DNA from: Octopus sinensis
Taxonomy: Eukaryota
Reading direction: 5' to 3'
Assembly (NCBI RefSeq): GCF_006345805.1
Contig: NC_043023.1
Coordinates: forward strand, 21,267,140-21,331,139
DNA: 64,000 nt
The notes below the pieces were generated by a model. It saw only the letters and a program-made list of their open reading frames with translations, had not been told where the DNA came from and searched no databases. The translations under genes were made by a program, and so were the position numbers. Each line of letters opens with the position of its first letter. The stretch's first letter is position 1. Shown in pieces: positions 39,198-52,254 of this stretch.

Positions 39198-39633
39198 AGC
39201 CAAGTCGGAACAGATATTTTCACGAGGCATTTCCGACCCTGCCAAGGCAATATCTGACCTAAAATTTTCAAATCGTCGCACTGTTTACGGAATTAATCTT
39301 TATTTGCGGTTGAAGCTTGGCTGTTATTTCTAGTGGGTGAATGGCCTATTATGGCCGTTCCTTGATTGTTGATGTTGAACTTAAAAATGGTCTGTGACTA
39401 TTTAATTTTTTCCCACTAGGTCGCTGGTGGCAAAAGGAATTCTACAAAATTTTTTTTGCCACCCTATATTGATTAATTATGGATTTTCTGTTAATTCCGT
39501 AATGGAATCGGCGGCTTATATTTATTTGCTGCCGATAAATTTGGCGCGAGTGCGACGATTTGAAAATTTTAGGTCAGATATTGCCTTGGCAGGGTCGGAA
39601 ATGCCTCGTGAAAATATCTGTTCCGACTTGGCT

Positions 39634-39740
39634 ATTTCTTGCTGAAGAATCTGAGGGCCTATGGAAGATTGGCTTGATTTAATTTAATCAGGTTAGTTTA
39701 CCATTAAACAGCAGATGAAACGGTACATCGTACAAGAAAT
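39634..39740 (+). ncRNA. Type I hammerhead ribozyme
   Basis: Stem I ATTTCTTG/CAAGAAAT (8 bp), CTGAAGA, stem II ATCTG/CAGAT, GAAA, stem III ACG/CGT with GTACAT loop, GTA triplet; cut after 39732. Confidence 0.88.
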
Positions 39741-40124
39741 TACAGGGTAAATGTTTTTTAAATTTTCTCCTGTTTACGGAATTAATCTTTATTTGCGGTT
39801 GAAGCTTTGGCTGTTATTTCTAGTGGGTGAATGGCCTATTATGGCCGTTCCTTGATTGTTGATGTTGAACTTAAAAATGGTCTGTGACTATTTAATTTTT
39901 TCCCACTAGGCCGCTGGTGGCAAAAGGAATTCTACAAAATTTTTTTTGCCACCCTATATTGATTAATTATGGATTTTCTGGTTAATTCCGTAATGGAATC
40001 GGCGGCTTATATTTATTTGCTGCCGATAAATTTGGCGCGAGTGCGACGATTTGAAAATTTTAGGTCAGATATTGCCTTGGCAGGGTCGGAAATGCCTCGT
40101 GAAAATATCTGTTCCGACTTGGCT

Positions 40125-40231
40125 ATTTCTTGCTGAAGAATCTGAGGGCCTATGGAAGATTGGCTTGATTTAATTTAATCAGGTTAGTTTACCATTAAAC
40201 AGCAGATGAAACGGTACATCGTACAAGAAAT
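40125..40231 (+). ncRNA. Type I hammerhead ribozyme (second tandem copy)
   Basis: Same as 39634-39740; cut after 40223. Confidence 0.88.
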
Positions 40232-40462
40232 TACAGGGTAAATGTTTTTTAAATTTTCTCCTGTTTACGGAATTAATCTTTATTTGCGGTTGAAGCTTTG
40301 GCTGTTATTTCTAGTGGGTGAATGGCCTATTATGGCCGTTCCTTGATTGTTGATGTTGAACTTAAAAATGGTCTGTGACTATTTAATTTTTTCCCACTAG
40401 GCCGCTGGTGGCAAAAGGAATTCTACAAAATTTTTTTTGCCACCCTATATTGATTAATTATA

Positions 40463-40494
<32 letters not shown>

Positions 40495-43400
40495 AAATAT
40501 TATTAGAGACAAAACCACTATTTTGCAAAGCAAACAAGGAAAGACTTAATCAATACATAAAATTTTAATAAATAGTCAAAAAAACCGCCACTACAATCGT
40601 TTCTTGTCTTGATCGACAATCTTCAGGTGGACTTCCAATCTAAAAAATCAAAATTTTAAAATATAAAAATAATAATTTTAAATAATTAAAGTATAAATGA
40701 AAAAATATAAGTATATAATCCATATATAACCTATATATAATCCATATCGAAAATATAGACAAATTACCACGAATTCCCTAAAAAAAACCATGATAAAACA
40801 AAACTCTTAAAAACATATAACGATAAAATCTCCCTTTGCTAAATTCTAAAACAAACCTATATAGTAATCCCCCTAACCTAAACATTCACACACAAATACA
40901 CACACGTAAACCACAGACCCACGACTTATACACATACCTATACTAACTTATAAACCTCAATATACACCAAAACCCACTCCCTCCCCACACAGACAAATTA
41001 ACACATACATCCCAAAACCTAAATAACAAACCCATATACACATTCACACACAAACACACACACACACGCAAAACACGCACACACAACAGATACATATACT
41101 CCCTCACATATACGCATATACATACTCACTAAACTCGACATATACAACAATACTTACACACCCACAAAAATCATTAAATACATTTATGAGCTTTAACTCA
41201 GCTTAGCAGCTCTAACAAACAACTTGCAGTAACCCAATCCCATTCTCTATGCCTACCTCACTACTACACTATTCCATTCACATTCCAAGCAACGCTAGTC
41301 CACCACCCGGTTATGCACGTGGCAAAACGAACACCACTCAAAAATTATGAATGAAACAATGTAAAAAAATAACCAACATCGAAAATAGACAAATTACCAC
41401 GAATTACCTAAAAAAAACCATGATAAACCAAAACTCATAAAAGCATATAACGATAAAATCTCCCTTTGCTAAACCCTATAACAAACTTATATAGCAATCC
41501 CCCTAACCTAAACATTCACACACAAATACACACACGTAAACCACAGACCCAAGACTTATACACAAACCTATACTAACTTATAAACCTCAAAATACACCAA
41601 AACCCACTCCCTCCCACACAGACAAATTAACACATACATCCCAAAACCTAAATAACAAACCCAAATACACATTCACACACAAACACACACACACGCAAAA
41701 CACACACACACAACAGATACATATACTCCCTCACATATACGCATATACATACTCACTAAACTCGATATATACAACAATATTTACACACCCACACTCATAC
41801 AGATAAATAAATTAATTATACAACTAAAAACTCACAACCAATCTCATATACATAAACACTCCTATGAAAACAACATTAAATACATCGTAATTAACCAGAA
41901 TATCAAAAATAACAATATGACATAAGGATAAATCAAATACATACTTACAATTCAGTTACAAATTATGAAGTGAAATTAAATTCTTAGCCGTTAAAAAACC
42001 AAACAAAAATTACGTTACCATAGAAATAACTTATGTAAAAAAAGAATACGCGCCATAGAAAGTAAACGTCATTCAAAATATGAATGGAGAAATATAATAA
42101 ATGGAACTAAAAACTATATCACGTAGCAAACCAACGCTACTTAAAAAAATTTATTATGAATGGATTCTATAAAAACTACCATGAAAATCATTATATACAT
42201 TTATGAGCTTTAGCTCACCCTAGCAGCTCTAACAAACAACTTACAGTAACCCATAACTATTCTCGATGCATACCTCACTACCACACTAATCCATTCACAA
42301 TTCCAAGCAACGCTAGTCCACCACCCGGTTACAATTCCCAACTCCACCTATTCATTCACAATTTAAACGACGTTCCCTTCCACAACGCTACATATAAGCC
42401 TCAACATATACACCGGAGATACACTTACACATCCGTGCGGATGGGTGAGAGTATACATTAAGTGTAGTGATGGGGCTCCCATTTCTAAACAATTTGTACC
42501 TATGTGGTAGTCTCCATGTGTATATTCACGCACGGGTATAAATGCAGGGGGTACACGCTCACTTCATTTGCGTGTACCCCTCACATGTACATATGCATAC
42601 TATTTTGGCTCGATATATGCAACAATGTAATCGCGCCCGTGTGTGTGAGCATTCACTGGTTGTGCAATTCACCCATCTGGGTGTGAGTGGGTGTAAACGT
42701 ATCGCTGTGGAGGTCGAGCTTGATACGTATATATTAGTGTGTATTAGGGGTTGTACGTACTAATTATGTGCATGTGCTTCACGCACTTGCGTCCATGTAT
42801 GGATGAATATATTGGGATTACTATGTGGGTGTAAATAGGGTATGGGGGGGAGTTTTGTCATTGTATGGGTGTGGGTTTCATTTATGATGGTGGTTAGTTG
42901 GTGATTATTAGTATGTTCTGTATATTTGGGTTAGTTATATATTATTCTAGTGTGTATAATTGTATACATATAATTGGTGTGAATGGGATTACTCCCATTT
43001 TTGGGGATGTATGTGTTTATTTATCCATGTGGGGCGGGAGTGGCCGTTAGGTGCATATGCTGAGGCTCACATGCAATCCCAAGTACAACGAATGAAGTGG
43101 GCACTTATATTTGTTATGGGTGTGTGTACTTTATTATAAAAGACAATACCCAAATAAAATCTGTCAATTCAACATACAATAAAAAACAAAATACAAAGGG
43201 ATCTTAAACATTCACACATACATACAAAACTCAATAAAAACACCACTAAATAACACCCAAAACATATAAATATATCCTCCAATACATATAACAAATGCAA
43301 AATAAAAATACATAATAAAATAAAATAAAAATAAAAATAAAAAAATAAAAAAATCTAATATAAATTATTAAAGTTTTAACGTACCATAAACTGTTAAATT

Positions 43401-43800
43401 AATATACATTAAAAATGAACTAATTAAAACAAAGAAATATCAATAAAGACTAACTATAATTAAAGCCTAGACAACATAACCAAAAATATATTATCTAAAC
43501 TAATTTAAACTAAACTAAAGTAACCTAAAAGGGAACTATTATTGCTATTTATCATGAAACTTATTATATAGGTAAAGTAACTTGTGTCTGCATTTTATTT
43601 TGCGCTCTTCACCAGTATTAAGTAAATTATCATACTTATAAAATAAAATTTCTTTAAACTCATTAGAGCATAAATAACAACAATTAGCTCCTATATTATA
43701 AATAATATTTTATAATATTTTATAATATTTTATAATATTTTACTATAAAATTGGATTTAATCCTAAATCTGATTTTTTTCCCTGTAAATTTGGATTTATT
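40495..43800 (-). mobile_element. Non-coding, strand-skewed repeat with internal direct and inverted duplications; Penelope-like or retrozyme-like
   Basis: Direct repeats ~40750-41165 vs ~41385-41795 and ~41166-41330 vs ~42185-42325; diverged inverted copy near 42980-43090; hammerhead at its minus-strand 3' end. Confidence 0.5.
40588..40630 (-). ncRNA. Minimal type I hammerhead ribozyme
   Basis: CCAC-CTGAAGA-TTGTC(gatcaa)GACAA-GAAAC(gatt)GTA/GTGG; all core nucleotides present, stems I and II perfect. Confidence 0.8.
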
Positions 43801-43813
43801 CCCTAATATTTAT

Positions 43814-43875
<62 letters not shown>

Positions 43876-43939
43876 TATATTATTTTATTTTTATTTTATC
43901 TAGTTTCATCTCACGAGCTGTGGCCATGCTGGGGCACCG

Positions 43940-43985
<46 letters not shown>

Positions 43986-44195
43986 TGTTGAAATGGAAAG
44001 ATGAATTATCTTGTTACAGATTATTTAAAAGTTTAACCGATACCTGGGTAGCAAAAATCACAGCAGAAAAAACATGGTTGGAGTTATGACCATAGGGTGT
44101 TGCAACCGTGCGTTTGTGCGGGTAATTGAAGTTTAATATAATTAGTGAATGGAAGAAATGGAGTTGAACGAAGACTGTACAGAATTCCTTTTATT

Positions 44196-44281
44196 ACATT
44201 CTACACATGTTTCAAAGGCCACAATTTTCCAAATTCTGATTGAATAAGGATACCATATTGCAGCTTTCTCTTCAGGAAAAT
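44196..44281 (-). ncRNA. Hammerhead-like motif with imperfect stems
   Basis: ATTTTC-CTGAAGA-GAAAGCTGCA...TGTGGCCTTT-GAAAC(ATGT)GTA/GAATGT; core intact, stem I only 3 contiguous bp. Confidence 0.55.
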
Positions 44282-45049
44282 CCAGGAATTACGATGTCCA
44301 AACAAAAACAAAGGCGCAGCAAGCAATTCGAACAATAACGCTCCTTAAGAGCCCATGTATTGGGGCAAACTGTTTCTCAATATACGTTGAAATCGGGGGG
44401 TTGGTGGAGGCCGACAAAAAGGTCCGTTGGAATAAATCAAGGTCAGGCCGCGGTCAAATCTAGTAGGTGAGGAATTAATGAAAACAAGGGGTGTGAAGAT
44501 ATTCTGTGTAACCAAAATTAAAGCTCTGAATATTTTAAGAATTCAGGGTGTATTATTTAGGTGCGAGACACTACCTACCTACATGCATGTGTGTGTATGC
44601 TAGCCTGTGTATGCGTGGGGCGCGAGATAGTGAGCACTGCTGAAAATAGCCGGTCAGGCGGCTGAAATAATTCTGTGTTCGTGTGTCCGTCAGTGGCCTG
44701 CTTATCTAAATTAACATCGCCAAAAATCAGAGGGGTATATAACTCCTGCCCTTGCTTCTAAAAACCGACCAATCGCCCAAGGGGAGTAATTTCCCCTTGC
44801 AAAAATTGTTCAGAGATTTTTTTCAAAAAAAATTTTTTCAAAATTTATTTCCTTTTATTAGGATATCAAGGTGTTAATTGTCTTAGGTATCATTTATATG
44901 TAAGAAACGTATGACGCCGCCAATGGGGACATCGAAAAGCAGTCTGTAAAAGCCCGTTTACCAAACGGCCTCTGGCGAACAATATGTGGAAAAGCTCAGA
45001 GTTACAAAGATTACATATCCTTTATTCCATTCACTAATTATATATATAT

Positions 45050-45135
<86 letters not shown>

Positions 45136-45167
45136 ATATAGGTATATAGAAAGATAGATAGATAGAT

Positions 45168-45261
<94 letters not shown>

Positions 45262-45475
45262 TCATCTCTCTGTCTATATATCTACCCTCTTTGTAATGTT
45301 GGAAAATGGAATAAGTATAAAAATGAATATTGTCGATTTAATTTAAAATGTCCATATGTGGCTGAAGCGTGCTCTACATTTTAAAACTGACGTAATATTT
45401 ACATTGTTTAATTAAATGAAGTAGCATGAAACGAGTAAACTACACTACCTTTGGATATTCTCGTTGCTTATATTG

Positions 45476-45517
<42 letters not shown>

Positions 45518-45912
45518 GACTCCGGCACTCGGGCTGTTCGAGCTTAGCCCGAATATAAATGTAATAAGGTGGACGTGTATTTATAAGCTGATTTCATTTC
45601 TGCCAACACTGACTTCAAGTATGTAATTGCAGCCAATAACTCGTGCTCCTTTTATTGAGCCTGGTCGCTGTTGGTTTATTTTCGTTCACCGTCTGTGTCA
45701 AAATATCATTCGTAGCAGACGTTCTCTCGACATCGTTCACACGCGCCTGACTCGGTCTCAGAAGTTACATCCCGAGTTCTTATCAATAATCGTAAAAATT
45801 AAAATTAATTCAAATGCAATGTTTTCTTGAAACTATAAATTTTTAGAGAGATTAATATTTAAATTAAAATCCATGAAAAGTTTCCGTTCTGTAATATTCT
45901 TAAAGGAACGAA

Positions 45913-46327
45913 GGATCTTTTCGGTTTGAACGGCAGTTTTTTTCTAGCGGTGGCATATGAAATTGTCACCCATAGTTATGACCCTAGTATCGATCTATTG
46001 CATTTCAATCTGTTTTAGGGTTAGGGGTGAGGGAAGGGTATCTGTTTTTCTTCAGAAATGTAAATAAACCCAATCTGTTTCTTAAACGAGGGACATATTC
46101 ATACGGCACAGAATGTTTTTTTACCTCAATAGACGTCAATGATTGGTTGAAATTGCAGAAATTGAAGAAAAAAACAACAACAAATATCTTACATACTATA
46201 GAATTTTCTCAATAAAGCCAAGAGAAAAAGATGTTTTATAAACACATTCTATCAGTATACGAAGTTTAAAAGTGTTTAGTTACGTGGAAATTATTTTAAA
46301 AAACTGCCGTTCAAACAGAAAAGACCC
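45913..46327. mobile_element. MITE with ~30-bp TIRs and 8-bp TSD
   Basis: TIRs GGATCTTTTCGGTTTGAACGGCAGTTTTTT / AAAAAACTGCCGTTCAAACAGAAAAGACCC; GGAACGAA at 45905-45912 and 46328-46335. Confidence 0.9.
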
Positions 46328-46705
46328 GGAACGAAAATTTATCCAGCAACTCGGGCTAATAGGAACGAGCCTGGAAGGTGTAAAGGAGAAACTGGCATCT
46401 CTTGTCAAGATTACAAGCGACAGTCAGATCGCTGGTGTTTGCTTGTGCACTCTGCTGTCGTAATTTGATTGCTGTTATTCTGTGCATTTGTGCGCAAAAA
46501 TCAGTTGTGTTTTGCAGGGTTGCTTTCTTGTAATCCTTAACTTAGAAACGGAGAAAGACATAGCGTTAGATGTGAAAAAATAAGCCATTTGGGGCTAGAA
46601 ATAAAGCGGGAAAACGTGAAATTCTTCGAGTAGAAATGTGTCTTGTATGAAATCTGTGATGAGCCCGTGTGACACTGAATCGCCTCTGAGATATATATAT
46701 ATAAA

Positions 46706-46751
<46 letters not shown>

Positions 46752-46770
46752 TCATGAACGTATGCGCGTG

Positions 46771-46826
<56 letters not shown>

Positions 46827-47541
46827 GGTCCATAAAGACACACCCGATGGTTTTGATATCACGATGGGAAGATCTGCTTCAGCACAAGTAACTGATTTGG
46901 TCTGAATATATATACTTTCTGAAATGGCAGACCAGTTCCCAAACATCAACAGAGGTCTATATCGTGTTGATTGTTTACTTTACCTCAAAAATGTTTCTGA
47001 CCAAAAAGTACAAAATGTTAAGAATACTTCAGTTAAGTTTTTTTTTCCGTAGAATGGGTTTAGGCATTGTCTTTAGGATGATGTAACGAAAGCCAACTTA
47101 ACTTACGCAATAATTCTTACGTCCCATACCACAAACAATCGACCAACCTTAAGTATATTAGCCAATTAAATAATCATTCTAAGGCGATCACTAAGAACTT
47201 AGTTAAGAATATTTCATTTAGATTTTCTAAGTTCTCTGCCTATGTAGGCACTTTTAACGACAAGGCTCAATTTTGTACCCCTGCCTTACTTAAAGCAGTT
47301 TATACAGATAAAGTTATCTACATTGATTGCATTCAATCTTATTCTACCTTTAGTAAGGGAGACATGAAATCTAGCTGTAAGGATATAAACGATATCAGTT
47401 TTAATTTATACACCAACTCCAAACAGAGGAAGGGAGATAACCGTTATTTAAACCCCTTTTTTCAGTCTAAAGGTAAGTCGATGTCTTTCAAAGGTGGTTA
47501 CACTAAAAATAAGGCACTAATAGCAAAACAATTTGGTTGAT

Positions 47542-47626
<85 letters not shown>

Positions 47627-47727
47627 GAATTTGCATATCGGAACTGAAATATTTCTGTCTGTGTGTACACATCATTGTATATATCTATCTATATAAACAC
47701 ATTCAAGCACATAAAAAGACAGTCACG

Positions 47728-47761
<34 letters not shown>

Positions 47762-47911
47762 CGGGCACGCACACGCACACACACAAACACACAGACATAT
47801 ATATATGTTTGTGTGTGTGTGTGTGTGTGTTTGAAATTAAAGTAGAACAAACGCCGAAATGTTACTCAATAAAAGTCAGAGAGCCAAACGATTTTTTGAT
47901 TAAAATAACCT

Positions 47912-47921
47912 TTTATTTATT
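47912..47921 (-). promoter_or_regulatory. Polyadenylation signal(s) of the EMI-EGF gene
   Basis: Overlapping AATAAA hexamers ~240 nt after the proposed terminal stop. Confidence 0.55.
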
Positions 47922-48157
47922 AATTAATATATTCAATTAATATAATGATCAGAGAAAGCTAAATTACGTTAATATAGTACTAAGATATAATTGAGATATT
48001 TGGATGAGGGGATAGTCTTCTCTGTAAACTTCATCGAAGATAACCTGGTAATAACTGGCGATGTAGGTCATACGGAGATAAATCAGGCGGGAGATGTCTT
48101 GCTAGGAATGTGACCGACAGATATTTCCTGCTGGGAATATTTTAAAATTCGTTAAAA

Positions 48158-48168
48158 TTAGCCGATAC
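48158..48168 (-). CDS. EMI-EGF protein, probable terminal coding exon ((R)IG*)
   Basis: TCTTATTTTCAG acceptor; phase 1 gives R-I-G-TAA; 3' UTR with AATAAA follows. Confidence 0.5.
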
Positions 48169-48572
48169 CTGAAAATAAGACACAAATAAATAAATATAAG
48201 CAAAAATTTAAAAAATATGTAACAATATACAAAAATGTAAGAAGCGAACGCTATACTAATGGAGCATCCCACAAAAGGGTTTATTATAATCTTGCGTTCA
48301 GGAGGTCAAGATAAGAAACGCTCATTTGAATAGTTCAGGGGTGGCGGGATATGTTACTGTTTCCTTTCCCTGGTAAACAGAATTTTCAGAACCTTCTGAT
48401 GTTCAGCTAAGTCTGTTCTACTCTGACAGACTCCACTTAATGTAATATTGTGCGGTGGGTTCTTTCAGGATCCATACATATCTTGCCAAAGCAGTGGTGA
48501 TGATATCTCTCCTGCATATTACTTGAGAAGAAAATTTTAGTAGATATACTGAAACGTCAAAACTTAGAACCA

Positions 48573-48612
<40 letters not shown>

Positions 48613-48977
48613 GGTGAAGGCGGTGAGATGGCAGAGTCATTAACACGCCGGGTAAAATGCTTGGCGACATTTTGCCCGTTCATTTAACGTACTGATTTCA
48701 AATTCCACCGAGGTCGACTTTTCCTTTCAGCCCTCCGCGGTCGATAAAATAAGTACCAGTCAAGGACGGACGAATCGTTAACACGCCGGACAAAATGCTT
48801 GGAGGCAAGTCGACCGTATTAATGTTTTGGGTTAAAATCCCGCCGAGATCAACTTTGCCTTTCGTCCTTCGGGATCGATGAATTAAGAACTAGTTCTAGA
48901 CTGGGGTCTATGTAATCCACTTCACCACCTCCTCCACAAAGTTCAAGCCTTGTTCCCATAGTAGAATGGCTTATTAC

Positions 48978-49092
<115 letters not shown>

Positions 49093-49125
49093 TATTATTA
49101 TTATTATTATTATATTATTATTATT

Positions 49126-49445
49126 GAGTTAGAGAGCAGTGCATGCCATCAAAGTGACACTGGGGTAAAATATAAGAAGCCAAGTATACCCATCATGAAT
49201 ACCCGTCTGATAAGGGTAGACCAGGCATATGCATCACAACCATATGTGCGCGACATGGTGACCTCATATGAAGATAAATAGCACCTGACCTTTCTGGGGA
49301 GGGGAGGGCCCAGTTAGAATTTTCTTTTGGTCGAGTAGCCTATCCCTTTAAAAAATTTCCTGAATAAGGGTTGTTTAAGGATGTTGAACGAAACACCCAC
49401 GATTCCAAAGGTGAATTATCCAAACCCCGAAGAATTCAACCCAAT
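49126..49445 (-). mobile_element. (TAA)n-tailed retroelement 3' end, family unassigned
   Basis: GAGAGCAGTGCATGCCATCAAAGTGACACTGGGG.. abutting (ATT)n; same family at 53151, 54431, 57933. Confidence 0.75.
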
Positions 49446-49489
49446 TACTTATACTTACACGTTTTGTTGTTGTTGTGTGCTTTATCTAC

Positions 49490-49609
49490 GAACACATGTT
49501 CTCCCATTGAAACGGAACCCTGGTTTACACAAACATTTGTAGGACCCTATTGTGTTGACGCATTTCCCGTATCTACCGCATCGAAAACTCCTTCTACACT
49601 CGTTTACAT
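49490..49609 (-). CDS. EMI-EGF protein, EGF4 (calcium-binding type)
   Basis: [40 protein letters not shown]; 120 nt, phase 1-1; donor GTAGAT is weak, read-through gives RR* at 49482. Confidence 0.9.
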
Positions 49610-49914
49610 CTGCAAATGAAAACAAATTTATTGCACTTAATTGCATGTATATAAAACAGATGCATTATTTGGGGTTGGGTCAATGTAATAAGCACCAGTT
49701 ATACTCTGGGGTCGATGTAATCGACTAGACCGATTCCCCCAAAAGTTTGTGACATTAAATATGTTCGTTGTTACACTGATTTTTACACGGATTTTTCAAA
49801 CGGAAAAACACTTTGTAACTTTAGTCCTGTGTTTTGTCCCTTTATGGTATAATTGATTTTTGTTAGCCCTTGTGGCGAATAAGCGAATTAATTATTATTA
49901 TCTTTTTTCTTCTT

Positions 49915-49986
<72 letters not shown>

Positions 49987-50077
49987 TATTATTATTATTA
50001 TTATTATCTCCCAGCCAATTGCTTATAGATATACGTGTGTATATTGTTCTTGTAGCTGCTGTTTGTCCTTTACTTAC

Positions 50078-50197
50078 CAACACATGTTCTTCTATTGAAA
50101 TAATAGCCCCGTCTGCAGTAACAAGTGAAAGAGGTTCCTCTCTTGACGCATCTACCATTTCTCCCGCACCGATTCCATCTGCACGGTCCTCCGACGG
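50078..50197 (-). CDS. EMI-EGF protein, EGF3
   Basis: AVGGPCRWNRCGRNGRCVKRGTSFTCYCRRGYYFNRRTCV; TTTCCAG / GTAAGT; 120 nt, phase 1-1. Confidence 0.92.
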
Positions 50198-50481
50198 CTG
50201 GAAAGCAGAACAGAAATAACACAATTATATATAACAATCAGAATTCTTTCATCATCATCATCATCATCATGATCATCATCATAATGACAGATAGTTACCA
50301 CACCGGGTGTCATTTCGACAGCGTCTGTTCTTTCTAAGTTCAAACACCACAGACGTCAACTTTGCCTTTCATCGCTTCCGGGTCGATTGAATAAGTAACA
50401 GATGTTCACTGGGGTCGATGTAATCGACTTATCCCCGACCCAGAATTACTTGCCCTCTGTGGCAATTTGGAAATCATCATT

Positions 50482-50533
<52 letters not shown>

Positions 50534-50655
50534 ACATCATCATCATCAATCATCATCATCATCATCATCATCATCACACATCATCATCATCATCATTATC
50601 ATCATTATGATCATCAACACCAACATCATCATCATCATCATCACCATCATTATTA

Positions 50656-50705
<50 letters not shown>

Positions 50706-50714
50706 TATTATTAT

Positions 50715-51850
50715 TATTATTATTCATATACACACAACCAGCCAGACTGTTAGAAAAGAAAAGACCCAAACAGGGGTCTACAAGCCGCCTTAAATATCAA
50801 GAACCCACCTATTGGGTTGCAGCAAGTAACCTTAGATGCCAAGATCCCTCCTAAGCTTCTTAGCTGTCCATAATAACACTGTTTTCTGGAGCTGTACGAA
50901 ACTGGGTTTTCTGCCTATGTCCTCTCTCCATCTGTTCAGACCTTTAGGGATAGTTTCCAATGCTCCTATAACTACTGGGACGCATTTTACCCGCACTTTC
51001 CATAGTTTCGGTAATTCAATGGCTACGTCCTGGTACTCTGCTATTTTTTCTATGGATGGAAGCACTCCGTTGGTTACGACGATGATGGTTCCGGTTGATC
51101 CGAATCAATGGAACAGCCTGCTCGTGAAATTAACGTGTAAGTGGCTGAGCACTCCACTGACACGTGCACCCTTAACGTAGTTCTCGGGGAAATTCAGTGT
51201 GACACTGAGAGTGACAAGGCCGGCCCCTTGAAATACAGGTACAACAGAAACAGGAAGTAAGAGTGAGAGAAAGTTGTGGTGAAAGAGCACAGCAGGGATC
51301 ACCACCATCCCCTGCCAGAGCATCGTGGAGCTTTTTAGGTGTTTTCGCTCAATAAACACTCACAACGCCCGGTCTGGGAATCGAAACCGCGATCCTATGA
51401 CCGCGAGTCCGCTGCCCTAACCAGTGGGCCATTGGGCCTCATTTTTTTTCTATACTTCCCATATTAATGTTTTCATCATTTGGGACCGTAAAGTCGGTTA
51501 TCTGGCACTTTCTATTCTCTTTATCTTCTGCTACCAAATCAGGCCTTCTAGCTTCTATTACTGTCAGTCTGAATGACGAACTCCCACAACATCTTATATT
51601 TCTTACTTTCTAATACTTTTCCAGGTTCGTGTTCATACCATTTGTCAGCATGTTAAAAATCCTAGATGTCCACACAAATCCCAGTGGATTACTCTACCGA
51701 AGATGTCATATATTTTCTTGAATTCTTTCTGTGACGTCATGCTATATTCAATTACTATATGAGAAATGCCTTCTTCCTTTGATTTGCATAGGCTACATTT
51801 GGAATCTAATTGGTTTTTGTATATCTTGGTGTTTATCCAATTAGTCCTTA
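50715..51850 (-). mobile_element. R4/Dong-like LINE 3' part (restriction-like endonuclease), interrupted by a SINE
   Basis: IHWDLC...KWYEHEP, IEARRPDLV, EKIAEYQDVAIEL..LW, VPVVIGAL, LQKTVLL; (TAA)n tail. Confidence 0.8.
51130..51440 (-). mobile_element. SINE family A
   Basis: Head GAGGCCCAATGGCCCACTGGTTAGGGCAGCGGACTCGCGG from 51440. Confidence 0.85.
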
Positions 51851-52254
51851 AAACTTGATCCCGTGCTGCTACTAAAAAATTTCTCCCATTTTAAACTTCC
51901 TTTATGCAACCGTAGCCATGTCTCAGTTATTATTATTATTATTATTATTATATTATTATTATTATTATTATTATTATTTTTATTAAGGTCTCGAGCTGGC
52001 AGAGTCGTTAGCGTGCGGGGCGAAATCTTTGCGGTATTTCGTATGTCGCTACGTTCTGAGTTCAAATTTCACAGAGGTCGACTTTGCCTTCCATCGTTTT
52101 GGGGTCGATAAATTGAGTACCAGGTGAGTAGTGGGGTCGACGTAATCGACTTACCACACACCAAAATTCCAGGCCTTCTGTCTAGAGTAGAAAAGATTAT
52201 TACTTATACATAAACGTGTGTTGTTGTTGTTGTTGTCTATTCTGCTTCACTTAC

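Larger units (their letters stand above)
38967..40461. mobile_element. Retrozyme-like array: ~2.4 direct copies of a ~490-bp unit plus a 315-bp inverted arm, inside (TA)n
   Basis: Unit starts at 39282, 39771, 40262; 38967-39281 is the reverse complement of ~39550-39863; no substantial ORF; a hammerhead in each complete unit. Confidence 0.88.

Noticed and set aside
46016-46035. TTAGGGTTAGGG as an interstitial telomere
   Set aside because: Only two units, inside the MITE.
48060-48100. Minus-strand PPDLSPYD resembling the mariner YSPDLAP motif
   Set aside because: Isolated short match with nearby stops; lies in the proposed 3' UTR.
48495-48560. GTGATGA...GAAACGTC hammerhead-like words
   Set aside because: C3 missing and stem II offset; at most a very decayed relic.
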